From Nageia nagi (Eukaryota; Plantae; Pinophyta), in the NCBI GenBank assembly GCA_050084985.1, contig JBITNC010000001.1:212784001-212848000 (forward strand): a DNA stretch of 64,000 nt, written 5' to 3'. Below, one piece after another: positions 39,117 to 53,118 of this stretch. A model generated the notes under the pieces. That model made no database searches. It was not told the DNA's origin and saw only the letters and a program-made list of their open reading frames with translations. The position numbers and the translations under genes were made by a program. Position 1 is the stretch's first letter, and the number at the start of each line of letters is the position of its first letter.

Positions 39117-39957
39117 ATGAAAAAAATGGAAAACATAACTCCCGAAGTCTTGACCAAATATATGGTATTGCTTAAGTTTCAAGCTCTCATTATGAAAGAA
39201 TCTACACTTGTAATCCACATCATTAATCAACCCAACATGGATGCAAACATTAGTGTGAATGCTTCCATCATCACCAATGCTAATAGTAGCATGAACATTG
39301 GAAATCATGCATCCAATTTAGGTACCTTCACCAATGAAGAATTCAGACATCTTGAGTCTTAGGTTGCACAGCTCAGGAGCAAATTTGGAGTTCATGTAGA
39401 TCAAATAGAAAGTAAGGGTAACCCATTGAGCATGAAGATTTAAAAAATACTCCTTATCAATACAAATAAAGATCCCAAATTAAAAAAATTCAATGGTGAT
39501 ATCGATCTTATCACTCATCTTTAGAGTTTTGAATACATCATGGAGCTTAAATGTGGGGTTAATGATCATTTGAAAGCAAAGGATTTTCCAATGAGTTTAA
39601 ATTCTAAAGCTCATAAGTGGTTTCATAGCTTGGAACCAAGGTTCTATAATATCATATTAGTAAATGAAGGATCAGTTCAAAGCTCACATCAGATACAATA
39701 TGAAGAAATTGATTGATTTGATAGACTTTATCCATTGCAAGAAAGGATAAACAAAGAGGTTGGATAAGTTTACTCCTAGATTCATCAAGCTTTGGAGGTC
39801 CATTGAAAAAAAGATGGAAGAAAGCTTCATTGCAAAGGTATTCCTTGAAAATATTTTTCCTATTCTTGGTGAAAAAGGGATTGAGCATGTTAATGGTTTC
39901 TTTATGCATACGGTTCATTTGCTTATTAAGAAAGAAGAATTCTTAGTAAGGTCTAAT
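39117..39957 (+). pseudogene. gag: gag N-terminal/capsid part (C-terminal part displaced to ~47600-47860)
   Basis: KKFNGDID..THL*SF and AKDFPMSLNSKAHKWFHSLEP. The knuckle FCKYHQIKGHN is at ~47765-47800. Confidence 0.8.
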
Positions 39958-40724
39958 CAGGGTAAATTTTAAGCATGATTTATAGCAATTTTGCTATTTT
40001 TAAGATTTCAAACATATTTTTAAAATTTAAATGATTTTTAAAATAACCAAATATTTATTATTAGGAATTTTTACTTAAACTTGAATAGCCAAAAATAGAT
40101 AATTATTTTAAAAATAAGGATCCCGAATAGCCAACCTCAAGAATCTAAGCAATATAAGAATAGCCAAAAAACTATAGTAAATAATAATCCTTATCATGAA
40201 ATAGTAAAAAAATTATAATCATTATTTTATGAACTTGAGGAATAGTCAAACCTTTATAAATAGTTAGATATATACAAAAAAATATTATAATATCTTAGAA
40301 GTCAATGTAGGAATCTAGGATTAAAAGTTTCCCTCCAATTGAAGGCTTAGATTGCCAAAAAATCTCATTGGTCGATTGGCAAAAAAATGCAAAAAATTCA
40401 CTTTGCTTAGACCTTGAAATGCGAGACCTCAAAACCCTAACTAGGAAATAGGAACATTATTTCTAAGATCCATAGAATGTAATTATAGGTTTGTAGGCCT
40501 CCTTGAAACTTGAAGGTTTATTACAAGCCTACCTGAAACCTAAAGGTTTTTTATAAGCCCACTTTGTCACTTTCATTGCAAGCCCACCTAAAGGTAAAAA
40601 AAGTTTTATTCATTATAATATATGTTTTTCATTATTTGTTGTATGGTTTCTATAATTTTTTCATTATTTTTTACCAAAACTTCAATGCTACGAAATTTTC
40701 TCATATTTTTTTCATTTTTATCCA

Positions 40725-41090
40725 TTATTATGGTTATGAATGATTGATAAACATATATGAAAATTATAGGGGTATGGAGATGGCACCCAATATGTTTGAC
40801 AAGATGCCAACATATGAATGCAGTTTCATGGTTGTAATGTCTACAGGATATACATAGAATGGATTTTTCTACATAGAATCTACTATTGAGTAGACATAAT
40901 TATCAAATGTAAAGTCCAACTTTGTAAACTTTACACAATGTTATGGAAGGCATATGAATTAATTAATAAAATGCATAATGCAAAAGTAGCTTCATGGATT
41001 GTAATACAATATGCAAAAAATAGTTTGATTCTAATTATTCTTAAATAGATGTAATGATCAGGTGTAATACCAACTCTACAACCTTTGCAT
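40725..41090 (+). pseudogene. PLS-class PPR gene fragment inside the hAT element
   Basis: LINIYENYRGMEMAPNMFDKMP..NAVSW..MSTGYT*NG..LSNVKSNFVNF..KAYELINKMHNAKVASW..SGV..NSTTFA, compared with consensus LIDMYAKCGSxExARxVFDKMPxRNVVSWNAMIAGYAQNG. Confidence 0.78.
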
Positions 41091-42649
41091 AATGTATATA
41101 ATGTGTAGAGAACATATACAAAATATTTGATAACATGTAGTATACAAAAGCAATTTTATGGAATGCATATTCATAGGAAATGCACAAAATGGGTTCTCTC
41201 ATCTCTAAAGTGGGTCTATAAGTTTTTAAGTAGGTAAGAGTTAAATATAAAAACAAACTCTTTAGTCCTTTCCTACATTTTCTTGCAAACGAAAACAATT
41301 TATTCTCTCGCAAACTAAAATAATTCAATGAAAGAGCTTGTAGCTTTGCTTTGTTTGCTTGTAGAAAAAATAAAAATTATGTAGTGGAAAATTAGTCAAT
41401 TTTTTCATTATAAAATTTCACACATTTTGTACTTTTAAATGTGACCAAGTGAACATGGAGATTAATGGAATAATCTCAAAGTTAAATGTAATCTACATCA
41501 TCTTTTTTCATTAATATAACTTAATTTTATTTGCCCAATCTCTTTTAAAATATAAAATGCTATATTTGATTTTATTTTGAAAGGAATTAATGAAAGGTGA
41601 TTTGAAAAATGAAGAAAAAAAGCAATATTAGTAAATTTTGTAAACGATGTGATTACTAGAGTGATAATCAATAAATAATGTTTCCTTTTTTTATTATTGA
41701 TTCAAATAATTACAACTACATATTATTGCCTTGTTTGTATCTATTTTTCTAAATTTGGTTTTGGATAAATAAAATAGGGTAAACATGATTTTTTTAACAA
41801 GTTAGCTATATATATACTAGAAGAAGTTGATATAGCTCAAGAGGAAGTCGATATAACTCTAGAAAATTTGGAACAAGATAGTACAAGAGGGGAAGGTTGG
41901 TTTGTTGGTTGCTTTAAGACAAAAATAAATTTGAAGTGATAGTATAGAAATTTGAGAATAATGTTATTAATATAAAATTATTTCATAGGTTTCATATGTA
42001 GTTTTATGGAAGATGATCTAATGGTTAGTACACAAGATGATACAACTCAAAAACTTCAGGAACAAGTTGATATAAGAAAGCAAGTTTAGTTTGCTAATTG
42101 CTTGAAGTCAAAATGGATGAAATGTAACTTGTAATAAACTATAAAAATTTGACAATAATGTTATTGATATAAAATAAATTCATAGGTCACAGGTTTGATG
42201 GGTAATGCACCCATTCTTTCAATAGTTTAGGACAATAATAAAAAAAGAAAAACTTTAGATTCCTATTTCAACAAGCCACAAATTTCTAGATTAAAAAAGA
42301 GAAAATATTTAATTATAGGTACTTTAAATAAAATCCAAATTATTATAAGTATACTAAAATCTAGATCAATATCCCTTGGTTGGTGCAAGCTTGGTTGTTT
42401 TCCCTTTTTTTATCTCCTTACCATGAATTTAAGTTTAGAAACTATTTTTGTAAACTAAAGAGCCATATTTATAACTAGAAACCATTAATAAAATCAATAA
42501 TGTTGATATACCTCAAGAATTTATACATGTAGATGATAAAAATTCTTTGAATGAAAGAGTTTTGGCCTAGTTAGGTTTTGACAATCAATAAACAAATCTA
42601 GAGATCACATTAAATAATAATGACTCATGTAAAAATGAAAATTCCTTTA

Positions 42650-44990
42650 AATAGTCTACCCAAAATACACAAAAAAATAAAACTGCTCAAAAACAAGTTA
42701 TTGAGGACAAAGGCAAGTGGGTAAAAGGGATGGCTTTTAAGTTTAAGTGGGTAGCTGAATTTCCTTTCATTGAGACTAAAATTCTAGAGGATAGGAGTGA
42801 ACCTACATAATGTAAATGTATTATATGTTGTTGGAAATTATGTAGAGTTAATACCATCCAATTTAAGCATGAAAATATTCAAAAGCATTGTGGAAAAATA
42901 TATAGACCTATGAAAGGACTAGATGGTAAAGTAATAAATGGACTAGATGGTAAACCACTTAGAGAAATATAGTATAAATTTGAAGATAAATATAATCATA
43001 GAAAATATGCTTTAGAATATGCTAAATTTCAAAAAGAGTAAGAAAACATCTAGAGGATTGGAGCACACATGTCAACCCATTTCAAAAAATGAATAAGGCT
43101 AACTTGTTAGCTAAGTAGATATAGTTTCACATAATTTTACATATTCTTAAAAAGGTTAGGCCTATTTCAGACTTTGTAGATTATAAGGTGTTATATCAAT
43201 GTATTAGGTTAATGAACATGCCTCATTCCCATTGATTAGAAACTAGTGCATGGGAAATAGTAGATTACTTAGTAATGATAGAGGTAGAAGATTTGAAAAA
43301 ATATGTATTCAATGCACAATTCATTTCATTATTTATTAGTGAGGTTACAACTATTGACAACACATCATGGGTGTGGACTCCTTGTACAATTTTGAGAAAC
43401 TAATAAGAGTCTCACATCTTTTATATATTGATAAAATGAATGAGAACTATAATGTAAAAACATCTTTATAGTTTGATTTTATCCCATTTGAAAGAGATTG
43501 TTGGTATGGATGATTTTTTCAATTGGAAAAAAGCTAATTTATGTAGGTTATGATGGAACCTCAGTTATGCATGGTGTGAGGAATGGCCTTTATGTCAAAA
43601 TTAAATCAGTAAGTGCCTCTTATATAATTCCAATACATTACATGGCACATAGAACGAATCTTGCCTATAAAATTATTAGCAATTATGATAGTGTAAAAAA
43701 TGTTGAGAATTTAATACATGAGTCCCATGTATTCATAGGTAAAAGCCCAAAAAGATTAAGGGGATTTCAAGCTTTTACTGTAGATATTATATAAGGGAAA
43801 AGGCTACTCAAAGATGTAGAAACAAGATGGATATCTCTATTTGAACCAACAATAAGGGTGCATAGGGAGTATAAATCTCTAGCAGGTTATGTGTGCATGT
43901 AAATAAGAGATCTATTGAAAAGGCCAAGGATCTTTTGGATCAATTGATAGATTTGGAATCATTATTAAGTTTAATAGGTATGAATACCATGTTTCAATTA
44001 TTAAATAGCTTGATGAAACATGTTAATATATATATATGAAAATTTGACTTTGCCAACAATTGAATATGTTATACATTTTAGATGCAAGCTATGATGATAA
44101 ACATTTTCAAGATTAGAGAATGCTAATTGATATTAAACATCCAAATAGTTACTTAAATTTTGATATTAATTATTACCTTTGTTTAAATGTAAATGGAAGA
44201 ATGATTCCAATGCATATCTATTAGAGATATGAATATATAGTTGGCTTAGAGTTTGAAGAAATAAAAGTTTAGGGATTACTTCAATTTGAAAGAATAGTTA
44301 TAGCTATATGATCTAATTTAGGGAATATTAGTGTGACATTAGAAAGTGAAATTAGGAAAAGAATTGGTAGATATGAATTAATTGAAGCAATGAGTGTTAT
44401 CTACCAAAATTTTTGGAATCCTTCAAATGGGTTAGAACTTATCAATAATACTTTTACAAGATTTATAGATGTTCTGATTACCCATTTTTGTAAACCTCAT
44501 GAAGTCAATAGTATGCTATTTGATGGTATTTTGAATAAAGATTTATTAGATAGATAGTCATACAATTTTGCACTCACCATGCTTGCATAGTATAAGAAAT
44601 TACCTGATCCACATGCTATAGGTGTCATTCATTCACTACAAGATGAAATGTATATTGGTCCTATATTGAGAGAAGATATCAATGAATATTATCATTTGTA
44701 TGAATTGTGTCAAATAATGATATTGGAATCAATAGAGGATGAAAGAGTTTCCAATGCATTATCATTCATTAAATCAAAACAATGAAACAAATTGGAAAAG
44801 TACTTGGATAATTTCATGAGGTTGTATGTGTCATACTACTCTGTTGCTAATTTTCTAATGGATAGGATGTTAGAAGATTAGAATTTTATGACATAAAGGA
44901 GAGGTTTGAGTACTAAAATAGTCACAAAAGTCAATCTCAATGATGAATTTGAAAATGGAATAAATAATACCAGTGTGAATGAGGAGTAAA
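42650..44990 (+). pseudogene. hAT transposase remnant
   Basis: FISLFISEVTTIDNTSW; GYDGTSVMHG; IHYMAHRTNLA (cf. HCxAHRxNLA); KSPKR; KDVETRWISL; ESIEDERVSNALSFIKSK (dimerisation domain). Confidence 0.88.
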
Positions 44991-45395
44991 ACCTTGAAGG
45001 GTTATTTAAATTATTTAGCTTTTTTAGCTATGATAGACTACTATTTGTAGCACTTAATTAATCATAATGGTATTTATTTATTTGTTAATTTGATCATTTA
45101 TTTCAGCTATTTTCACTTATATTTCATTTCAAAATTTTATTTCATCTTTTAGATATTTGTCAATTCAAGGTTTTGTTTCAACTATTTTTCAATTTTTTTA
45201 AAATTTTCTTTCAACTATTCTAGAATTTTACAGCTTGAGGTGATTCTAGTACATCACATCTAGGATTCAATCATTATTTTATAGTTTCAAATATCCATTG
45301 GTGACTTTGAAACTAATTTTTAACTTAAGAACCACTAAACTTCTAATTTTGGAAGCAAAATTGAGTTATCAGGTTCTCCAAAAATATATAAAGAG

Positions 45396-45695
45396 TAGGG
45401 TTGAAATTTGACATTCGTATTGAAAGTTTTTAGGATTTTTGAATTTTTTTATAACTATTTTTATTCTCCAACCATCACATATGGAGGTTATATATTTTTT
45501 ATTACCATAAAAAATATGTATAATAGTAAAAAAATTTAAAATATCCATCTTTGATATTGACATAAAAGATAATTTTATTATATTATTAATATATTTAGAA
45601 TATAAAAGAATTTAAGTGTATATTTATGGGAATTATAATATTAAAATCATAAAAAATTATTGATGGGAAAAGGTAAATGTCAAATTTTAACCTTG
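45396..45695. mobile_element. 300-bp MITE
   Basis: Terminal inverted repeats TAGGGTTGAAATTTGACATT / AATGTCAAATTTTAACCTTG around an AT-rich interior. TSD not clear. Confidence 0.7.
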
Positions 45696-46250
45696 CTTAG
45701 CATGCTCCAAAATTAAGTGATGTTAATGCTCTAAAAAATGCCAGGTTATCACTTTCTAGCTCTTTTAAAATAAATGAATGGATGATGGGCTCAAGTTCAC
45801 CATCGATGTTGATATTGACATGCATATATACTATATTTCAAAATGTTACATCAAACAATTGGGTGCAATATACAAGAGATCTCACATAATGGCAATTTCC
45901 TTTCTAGGAAAGAGGAGGTGAAGTCGACTTAGGAAACATAAATAGAAATCATTCACTTGGTGCAGAATGGAAACTATCACATCAACTATCATAGAATAAT
46001 AAATATGTATTTTATTATATCTTAGGAATCAAGATGTGTTTTCAAATTTGCATTATAAAATAATGCTTCAAAATACTAGGGATTTATGTTCATGAATTAC
46101 AAAATCATACCATGTGGTGAGATCCTAATGAGTAAAAGAGGTGGCAAATTTAAGTACTCATAGTAGATGTTGTTAATACTACTATACCTACATTATTGGA
46201 GATTCCTATTCAAATAAAATTAGTTGTAGAGACCTAGTGATTGTACTCCC

Positions 46251-46900
46251 ATGGGTGGACATAAGCAAAACAAAGAACCAACAACTATGTAGGAGTTAAA
46301 AAAGGAAAAAGATGTGGTGGAAGTATTAGAAAAATGACACTTGATGAGCTTATTTGAGATGTTACATTGGTTAGATGATGCTTTGGCTATGGAATTTATA
46401 GAAAAATTTAAGGCTAATTCTATCAATCTTAGGGGACATACGATTCCAATCATTGAGAAAATAATTATTGTGGTATCAAGTCTTCCAATGGAGGGAAATA
46501 GTTTTACTGAGTGATATCATTATGATGCCCTCATAAAAAACTTTCATGGGCCAAGAGAACCTCATGCAAAATTATACATTAGTGATGCACATTCTTAGGG
46601 CATTAAATGTGATACTCTATTGAAGAAATTGGCTAAAGTTGCATACTGGGCAATGAAGTACTTGATATATGATGGATAATATGGCACACTCATGGGACAC
46701 CATATGAAGTTGTTGATATTTCTAAGTTATGGGATCCTATACTAATATAATATTCCTTAATTCCTTTATCACAACTTGCAAACTATGGCATGAAAATCCT
46801 AAGCAAAGAAAATGAAGAAATTTGGGAGCCCTTAAGAATTATGGTTTAATAATGTTATTATGTCGAAAGTACTTTATGCAACTACCTAATGGTTAGAGGT
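46251..46900 (+). pseudogene. Remnant of a retrotransposon accessory-type ORF unrelated to gag
   Basis: MGGHKQNKEP..HLMSLFEMLHWLDDALAMEF..GHTIPIIEKIIIVVSSLPMEG resembles uncharacterised TE-associated ORFs of seed plants. Recognised from memory, not searched. Confidence 0.45.
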
Positions 46901-47599
46901 TATAGGAGACCTCATGTAGAGGAATCCTCATGTAGCATCTCACATACTAATGCACCACCTATTGATGATGCTCTATAAACCCTAGATGATAATCTTGGAG
47001 GTTATATTATTGAAATTACCCTCAATTATGAGTATACTCTAGAATTCATTAAAAAGACTTGTAGCCTTGGTAAGAATGTGCTACCAAGTACTCCACCAAC
47101 CATCCCTTACTCAAATATTAATAAGCTCATAAAGAACCTCATAGAATAAGCAAAGAAATCTCTAATTCAGATTTGTGAGTTACCATAGAAATCATAAACT
47201 CCTATGCTAGGCTGTAAGGCATCATACAATATAGAATTTGGGAGTCATGAAAAGGGGAATATGGATATTTAAATTGAATCCTTCACTAATGGTAAGGGCA
47301 TCATAATTGACCTTCATGCTAAGGAGACCATCGAGAACTCACACACATTTATCTTTCAATGGAGGTCTAGACAAAGAATGGACAAAGGTAACCCTATGAA
47401 TCTTGAGCCTTCCCATAAATGATAATACTTATTAAACAATAAAGAAGAGGACAAGAAATATCATATGAATTTTGAAGATATATACTCTAAGGAAAATGAA
47501 ATTCTAAAGGCAACAACACAAGTAGAGCTAGAATGAGCTAGAACTGGCTCTCCCATGGTTCAAAATAATTTAACCGAGTGTGCATATAATTTACATCAC

Positions 47600-50500
47600 G
47601 AAGATAAACCTAAAGATAGAAAATCAACTAAAGAAATATATCCATTATTAATAAACCCTAGAAAAATATTTGAAGAATGTTTAGATTAAGGTTTAATCAA
47701 ATGAATTTAAGGAAAATAATATGGACCTAATGATGAAAAGCCTAGTTGGTATAGGGAAAATCAATTTTGCAAATATCATCAAATTAAAGGCCATAATACA
47801 ACATGTTATATTTTGAGAAAAAAGTTAAAACACTTGTTGGATAGTGGTACAATTTCATATAAAAATGATGTGCTCAAAGTCAAAAATCAAGATCTACCTT
47901 CCATTAATTTTGTGAATATGATTTTCTATGATGATAATGTTGAATCTATTGAGTTTGATGATGAGCTTAGTGCAAAATCATATTCAGATATAGGTTCATA
48001 TTTGGTAAAAATATACAATGCAACCATAAGAGCAAATAAATGTATTCATAATCTAGTTTCTACTATAAAATAGGTACCTTCTAAATCTTCTCTTAAGAAA
48101 AAAAGGAAAGATAAATGCAAAAAGAATATTTTGCAAAATCTTAAAATTACAAATATTAAAATCAATTTGTTTGAATTATTTGAAACATCTTAAGAGCATA
48201 GACTAGCATTATTTGAGCTACTTAGTGGAATTGATCTTGATATAAATATTTCTACTAGCTCCTTGCTAGGAATGATTGGTTATTTCAAAAATGCTATCAC
48301 ATTGATTGAATATGAAATTGTTAGTGATGATACCATTGATAAATGCTTGCCAATCCATATATGTGTAAAGCTACTAGAAAAAATAGTCAAGCATGCACTT
48401 GTAGATTATGGTGTAGGTTTAAATATTTACTCCATTGACCTCTTAAAGAGGTTTGGTGATAAGTTAAAACCAAAGTTTGTACAAAAGAAGTATAAGATCA
48501 TATGTTATGATAGTGATAAAAAAGCATATGCCAAATATATCATGCTACCTATTTAGTTAGGATCAAAGATAGTGAAACTCATGACTTATGTGTTAGACAA
48601 GAAGCTTCCATATAATATCATCCTTGGGATATAAATGATACATCCTATGAGGTGTGTAACATCTATATTACATAGATTGATTAACATTAACCATAATTAA
48701 CAATAATATGTAGTTGAAGTAATGGAATAAAACCCAAATATGATTGCATAAGTTGAAAACACTATACTTCCATACAAAAATGTTTAAATCCATGAGGAAA
48801 ATGATAAAGATATTGAGGAAGATGAAGAAGATAGTGACACTATGCAACTGTATAAAGAAATAGATGTTAGCACATATGTTGTTAGTTAAAGGATCATTAA
48901 ATATGATATTAGACACTTAGGAAGACATAATATATGGATGACTAGTGTTCATGCCAGCATTAGTGCCCATACTCACTTAAGTGCCCACATTTTCCTCATT
49001 ATTGTAAATGTAGTCAGGATAAAAAAAACTTGATGTAGATGATATCATGATGATATTGTACAACACCTATACTTTAGAATTGAAATTAGATACATATATT
49101 AATAAGGTGGTATCTTATGTTAAGGTAAAAAAAAAAGATAAGATAGATGAGATATCATGTACCATTGGTCCCATAGTTAATGGAATCTAGAGGGTAAAAA
49201 TGTAAATGTCTTGGTAGAAATAAATAGGGAATTAAATAATTACATGAAAAATATTTAAATCAAATGAAGGGAATGTTGGTCTAGGGAAAAAGAAGGAAAA
49301 TCAAAGAAATTTGGTCTCCTATAGTAGTGATGAAGAATTAAATGTAGAATCAAAGTTACAATAAGTTAATATGGTTAAATTGGCACCAAAAATCAAAGGT
49401 AAATATTCAAACAAGGCTAGCATCCATGCTAGCTCTAATGACCACTCTCATTTTAGGACTTGCAAGAACCTTGGAGCCCATGCTAACCATAGTGCTTGCA
49501 TCTAGGAAATAGATCATGATTCCTCTTACCCCATGCCTAAAAAAGTAATTTTCAAGCCTACTAATGTGCTCAAAATAGATGATGCACTTATGCATATGTT
49601 GGGGGCATGATAAGAGTTCAAACCATTCCACACCAAGAGATAAGTAATGGTTTCTTATCATCTTAATGAATATTTTAGAGAGGAGATAGAGGACATAGTA
49701 GGTTATTCCATACTACATTAGTCTACCTTCTTCTTTAATTATATATAATAGGCTAGGTAGCTAGGGGTGTGTGTGTGTGTAACATTATTTCTCTCATGTC
49801 ATAACAAGATTGGGGGAATTACCTAACCTTTATCAATCTAGTATGAGATACCATGATTAAATGAGAATCCTATTGAGATAAACATTGGTAAAGAAGAGGT
49901 GCCAAAGATTATTCAGATTGGAACATAAATCATTGGGGAAGATAAGTAAATGTATCATCAATTCTTGATAGGATAAAAGGAAATATTTTCTTGGGAATAT
50001 AGTGACATGATATGATTAGATCCAACCTTTGTGACTCATAATTTGGTGGTGTAGGAAGGTGCTAATCCTCTATAATAGAAAAAGAAGATCAATGCATTTA
50101 AAGAAATCTTTATTAGTCAATAAGGGGATTGATAAATATCATAAGGTAGGATTTATTGAGACCATTGACTATTCACCTTAATTAGCCACCATAATTACAA
50201 TATTGAAATGAAATGTTGCACATATTTTAGAGATCTAAATAAGGCTTGTCTAAAGGACAACTTTCCATTGCCACATATTAACATAATTATGGATTCTAAA
50301 GAAGGATATGAGATGTTATCATTCATGGAAGGTTTCTCCAGATACAATCAAATCAAAATAAAAAAAAAGAGGATAAACACAAGATAACCTTCACCACAAC
50401 TTGAGGAATATTTTGTTAGGTAGTTATGCCCTTTGGTGTTAAACATGTAGGGTAAATATACCAAAGATCAATGGTAACTATGTTTCATGACCTTATTCAT

Positions 50501-53118
50501 AAATTAGTTGAAGTTTATATTTTGTTGATATTGTTGCTAAATCTATTTCAAAAGAAAATCACTTAAAGGACAAAAGAGTAATTTTTGAAAGGATGAAATA
50601 ATTTAACTTAAAGCTAAATTCTAATAAATGTATTTTTGGGGTATCTAGTGCAAAGTTGCTTGGTTACATTATATCTATAGGTTAAAGCTATAATGGATAT
50701 GCCTCCACCAAGGAACATTATACAACTCAAAAGCATTCAATAAAAGTTACAAGCAGTAAAGAGGTTCATGGATAAGTTAGCAGATAGAATAACTCCATTC
50801 TATTACTTGCTTAAGAAAGGAAATTAGTTCATATGGAAAAAGGAGTGTCAAAATTCATTTAAAGAAATCAAGAGTTACTTGGTTAACCTTCTTATTTTGC
50901 AATTAGTTAATCATACCAAATGTCGATACTTGTATATCTCCACTACAAGTAATGCTATTGGGATAGTTCTTGTGCAACTTGCTAATGAAAATAGGGAGAG
51001 GGTTATGTACTATTTATCTAAGACACTACAAAATGCCAAAAATAACTACACATAAATTAAGAAGTTATGTTATGCCATAGTATACATAACTCAAAAATTG
51101 AGGCATTACATAATCACAAACACTACCTTCATTATGGCTCAAGATGATTAGCTAAGGTTTTTGTTTTCAAAACTACAATATTAAGGAAGACTAGGTAAAT
51201 GGATCATGGAATTATAAGAGTTTGATCTCTAAACATGCCAAAAATTAGTCCAAGGACAAGTTATAGATGATATGTTTACATTAACACCATATGCTGAAAA
51301 TGGTAACAAAAATGAGCTTATGAAAGTAATTGAATAGTGTGAGGATGAGACATGGATATTATTATTTTATGGCTCCAAATATTTGTAAGGGGCTTGGGTA
51401 GTAATTGTGCTTGTATCTCTTGAAGGTGGTATAATCCTTATGGCTTACAAGTTGAATTTTGAATGCATAAATAACATGGATGAGTACAAGGCTCTAGTAT
51501 TGGGATTAAAGGAAATAATTAATCTTGAAATCAAGTAGTTGAAAGTTTATGGTGACATTAGATCAATGACACTTATAACACAAAATATGAGAAATTATAG
51601 CCATATAAACACCTAGTAGTTACAATGATACAAAGGTTCTTCACATAGATTCAATTTGAGAACATTTCAAGGAATAATAATAGATTTGTAGATGCCATGG
51701 TTAATGCTACTTCATTAACACCTATCTTAGATGAATATGAGGGAACCATTATCAAAATCAAAAACCTTAGACATTATTCCTTTCTAGATGATAATGAATT
51801 TCAAGGGTTCTTCAAGAGAGAGACACTCATATGTGTTATCCTACCATTGCATGAATGGTATATTTACATCTATAACTATCTTAAGCAAGGAAAGATTTTA
51901 GATTCATGTCAATCCAAGTTACTTAAATTAAGGCTAAAATACATAGCTACAAGGTACATTATTATTGGTAATATTATTTACAAAATTTTATTTGATGATA
52001 CTTTTCTTAGATGTGTTAATGAAAATGAAGCAAATAAGGCTATGGAATAAGTACATGATACCCTAAATGGAGGTTATTTCAATGGTAAAGCCATTTATCA
52101 TAAGCTCTTAAGATTAGGTTACTATTATCCATCTATGGAAAAGGATTGCATTTTACATATTCAAAAATATGAAAAGGTTCAAAATCATGCTAACTTGAAA
52201 TAAGCTCCTTTAAGTGAATTAGCAATAATGATATCACCTTAACCTTTTTCTATCTGGGGCTTATATTTAATTATATTTATCAATCCTAAATCTAGTGAGG
52301 GGCACAAATTCATCCTAGTCGATACATAATACTTCATAAAATGGGTAGAATATATACCTTTGAGATCTTACAAGGTGCCTCAAATTGTGAAATTCATGAT
52401 TGAAAACATCATAGCTAGATTTGATGTTCCATCTCATGTCATCATAGATAATGGAAAGAACTTTAGAATTAAATAAGTTAGGAAATTTATTAAGGGTTTT
52501 AAGATAGAGAAAATATTCTCATCAACCTCCTATCCATAAGGAAATGGACAATTAGGAGCAACCAATAAGATAATTATTAATATTTTGTGCAAGATAGTTA
52601 AGAAAAATCATAGAGATTAGCATTCACAACTTATCTATGCATTTTTTGGTATACAAAACAAGCATCAAATCAGCTACAAGTTTCACTTCATTTTCATTGG
52701 TTTATGGAGATGAGGTAGTCTTACCATTAGAAGTAGAAATACCATCATTAAGGGTGTCTCTAGAAGGAATCATTGATTGGGAAGTCCAACATAAAAAAAG
52801 ACTAAGGCAACTAGAAAGAATGGATTAAAAGAGAATCCATGCCTTAGAACATCTCAAAGATTATTAAAAAATGGCAAAGGAAGCATATGAAAAGAAGATC
52901 ATACCATGTGAGTTCCAAGTGGGTGATCTAGTACTCAAGGAGAATAATCATAAGTCATAGGATGAAAAGTAAGACAAAGGTAAGTTTGAGACTAATTAGA
53001 TTGATCCTCACATCATTAAGACCAAGTATCCAAACAATGCATACATGTTGGAAATAATTTATGGAAAAATTGATAAATTATCAACCAATGCAAATCATCT
53101 CAAGCCCTTTTATGCATA
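47600..53118 (+). pseudogene. pol: gag C-terminus plus pol remnant: protease, RT, RNase H, additional archaeal-type RNase H, integrase
   Basis: HALVDYGVGLN (PR, ~48400); FRDLNKACLKDNFPLPHI, GFSRYNQI and VMPFG (RT, ~50225-50440); YYLSKTL (RH, ~51010); FECINNMDEYKALVLGL..LKVYGD (aRH, ~51350-51560); RLGYYYPSMEKDC, IDNGKNF and FSLVYGDEVVLPLEVEIPSLRV (INT). Confidence 0.92.

Larger units (their letters stand above)
39958..45745 (+). mobile_element. hAT-superfamily DNA transposon (ZNF862-like transposase) inserted in gag; exact ends uncertain
   Basis: Gag homology stops at CAGGGTAAA (39958). GAATAGCC subterminal repeats at 40083-40250 and inverted (G/A)CTATT motifs at ~45020-45220 flank a transposase remnant. 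No TSD confirmed. Confidence 0.7.
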
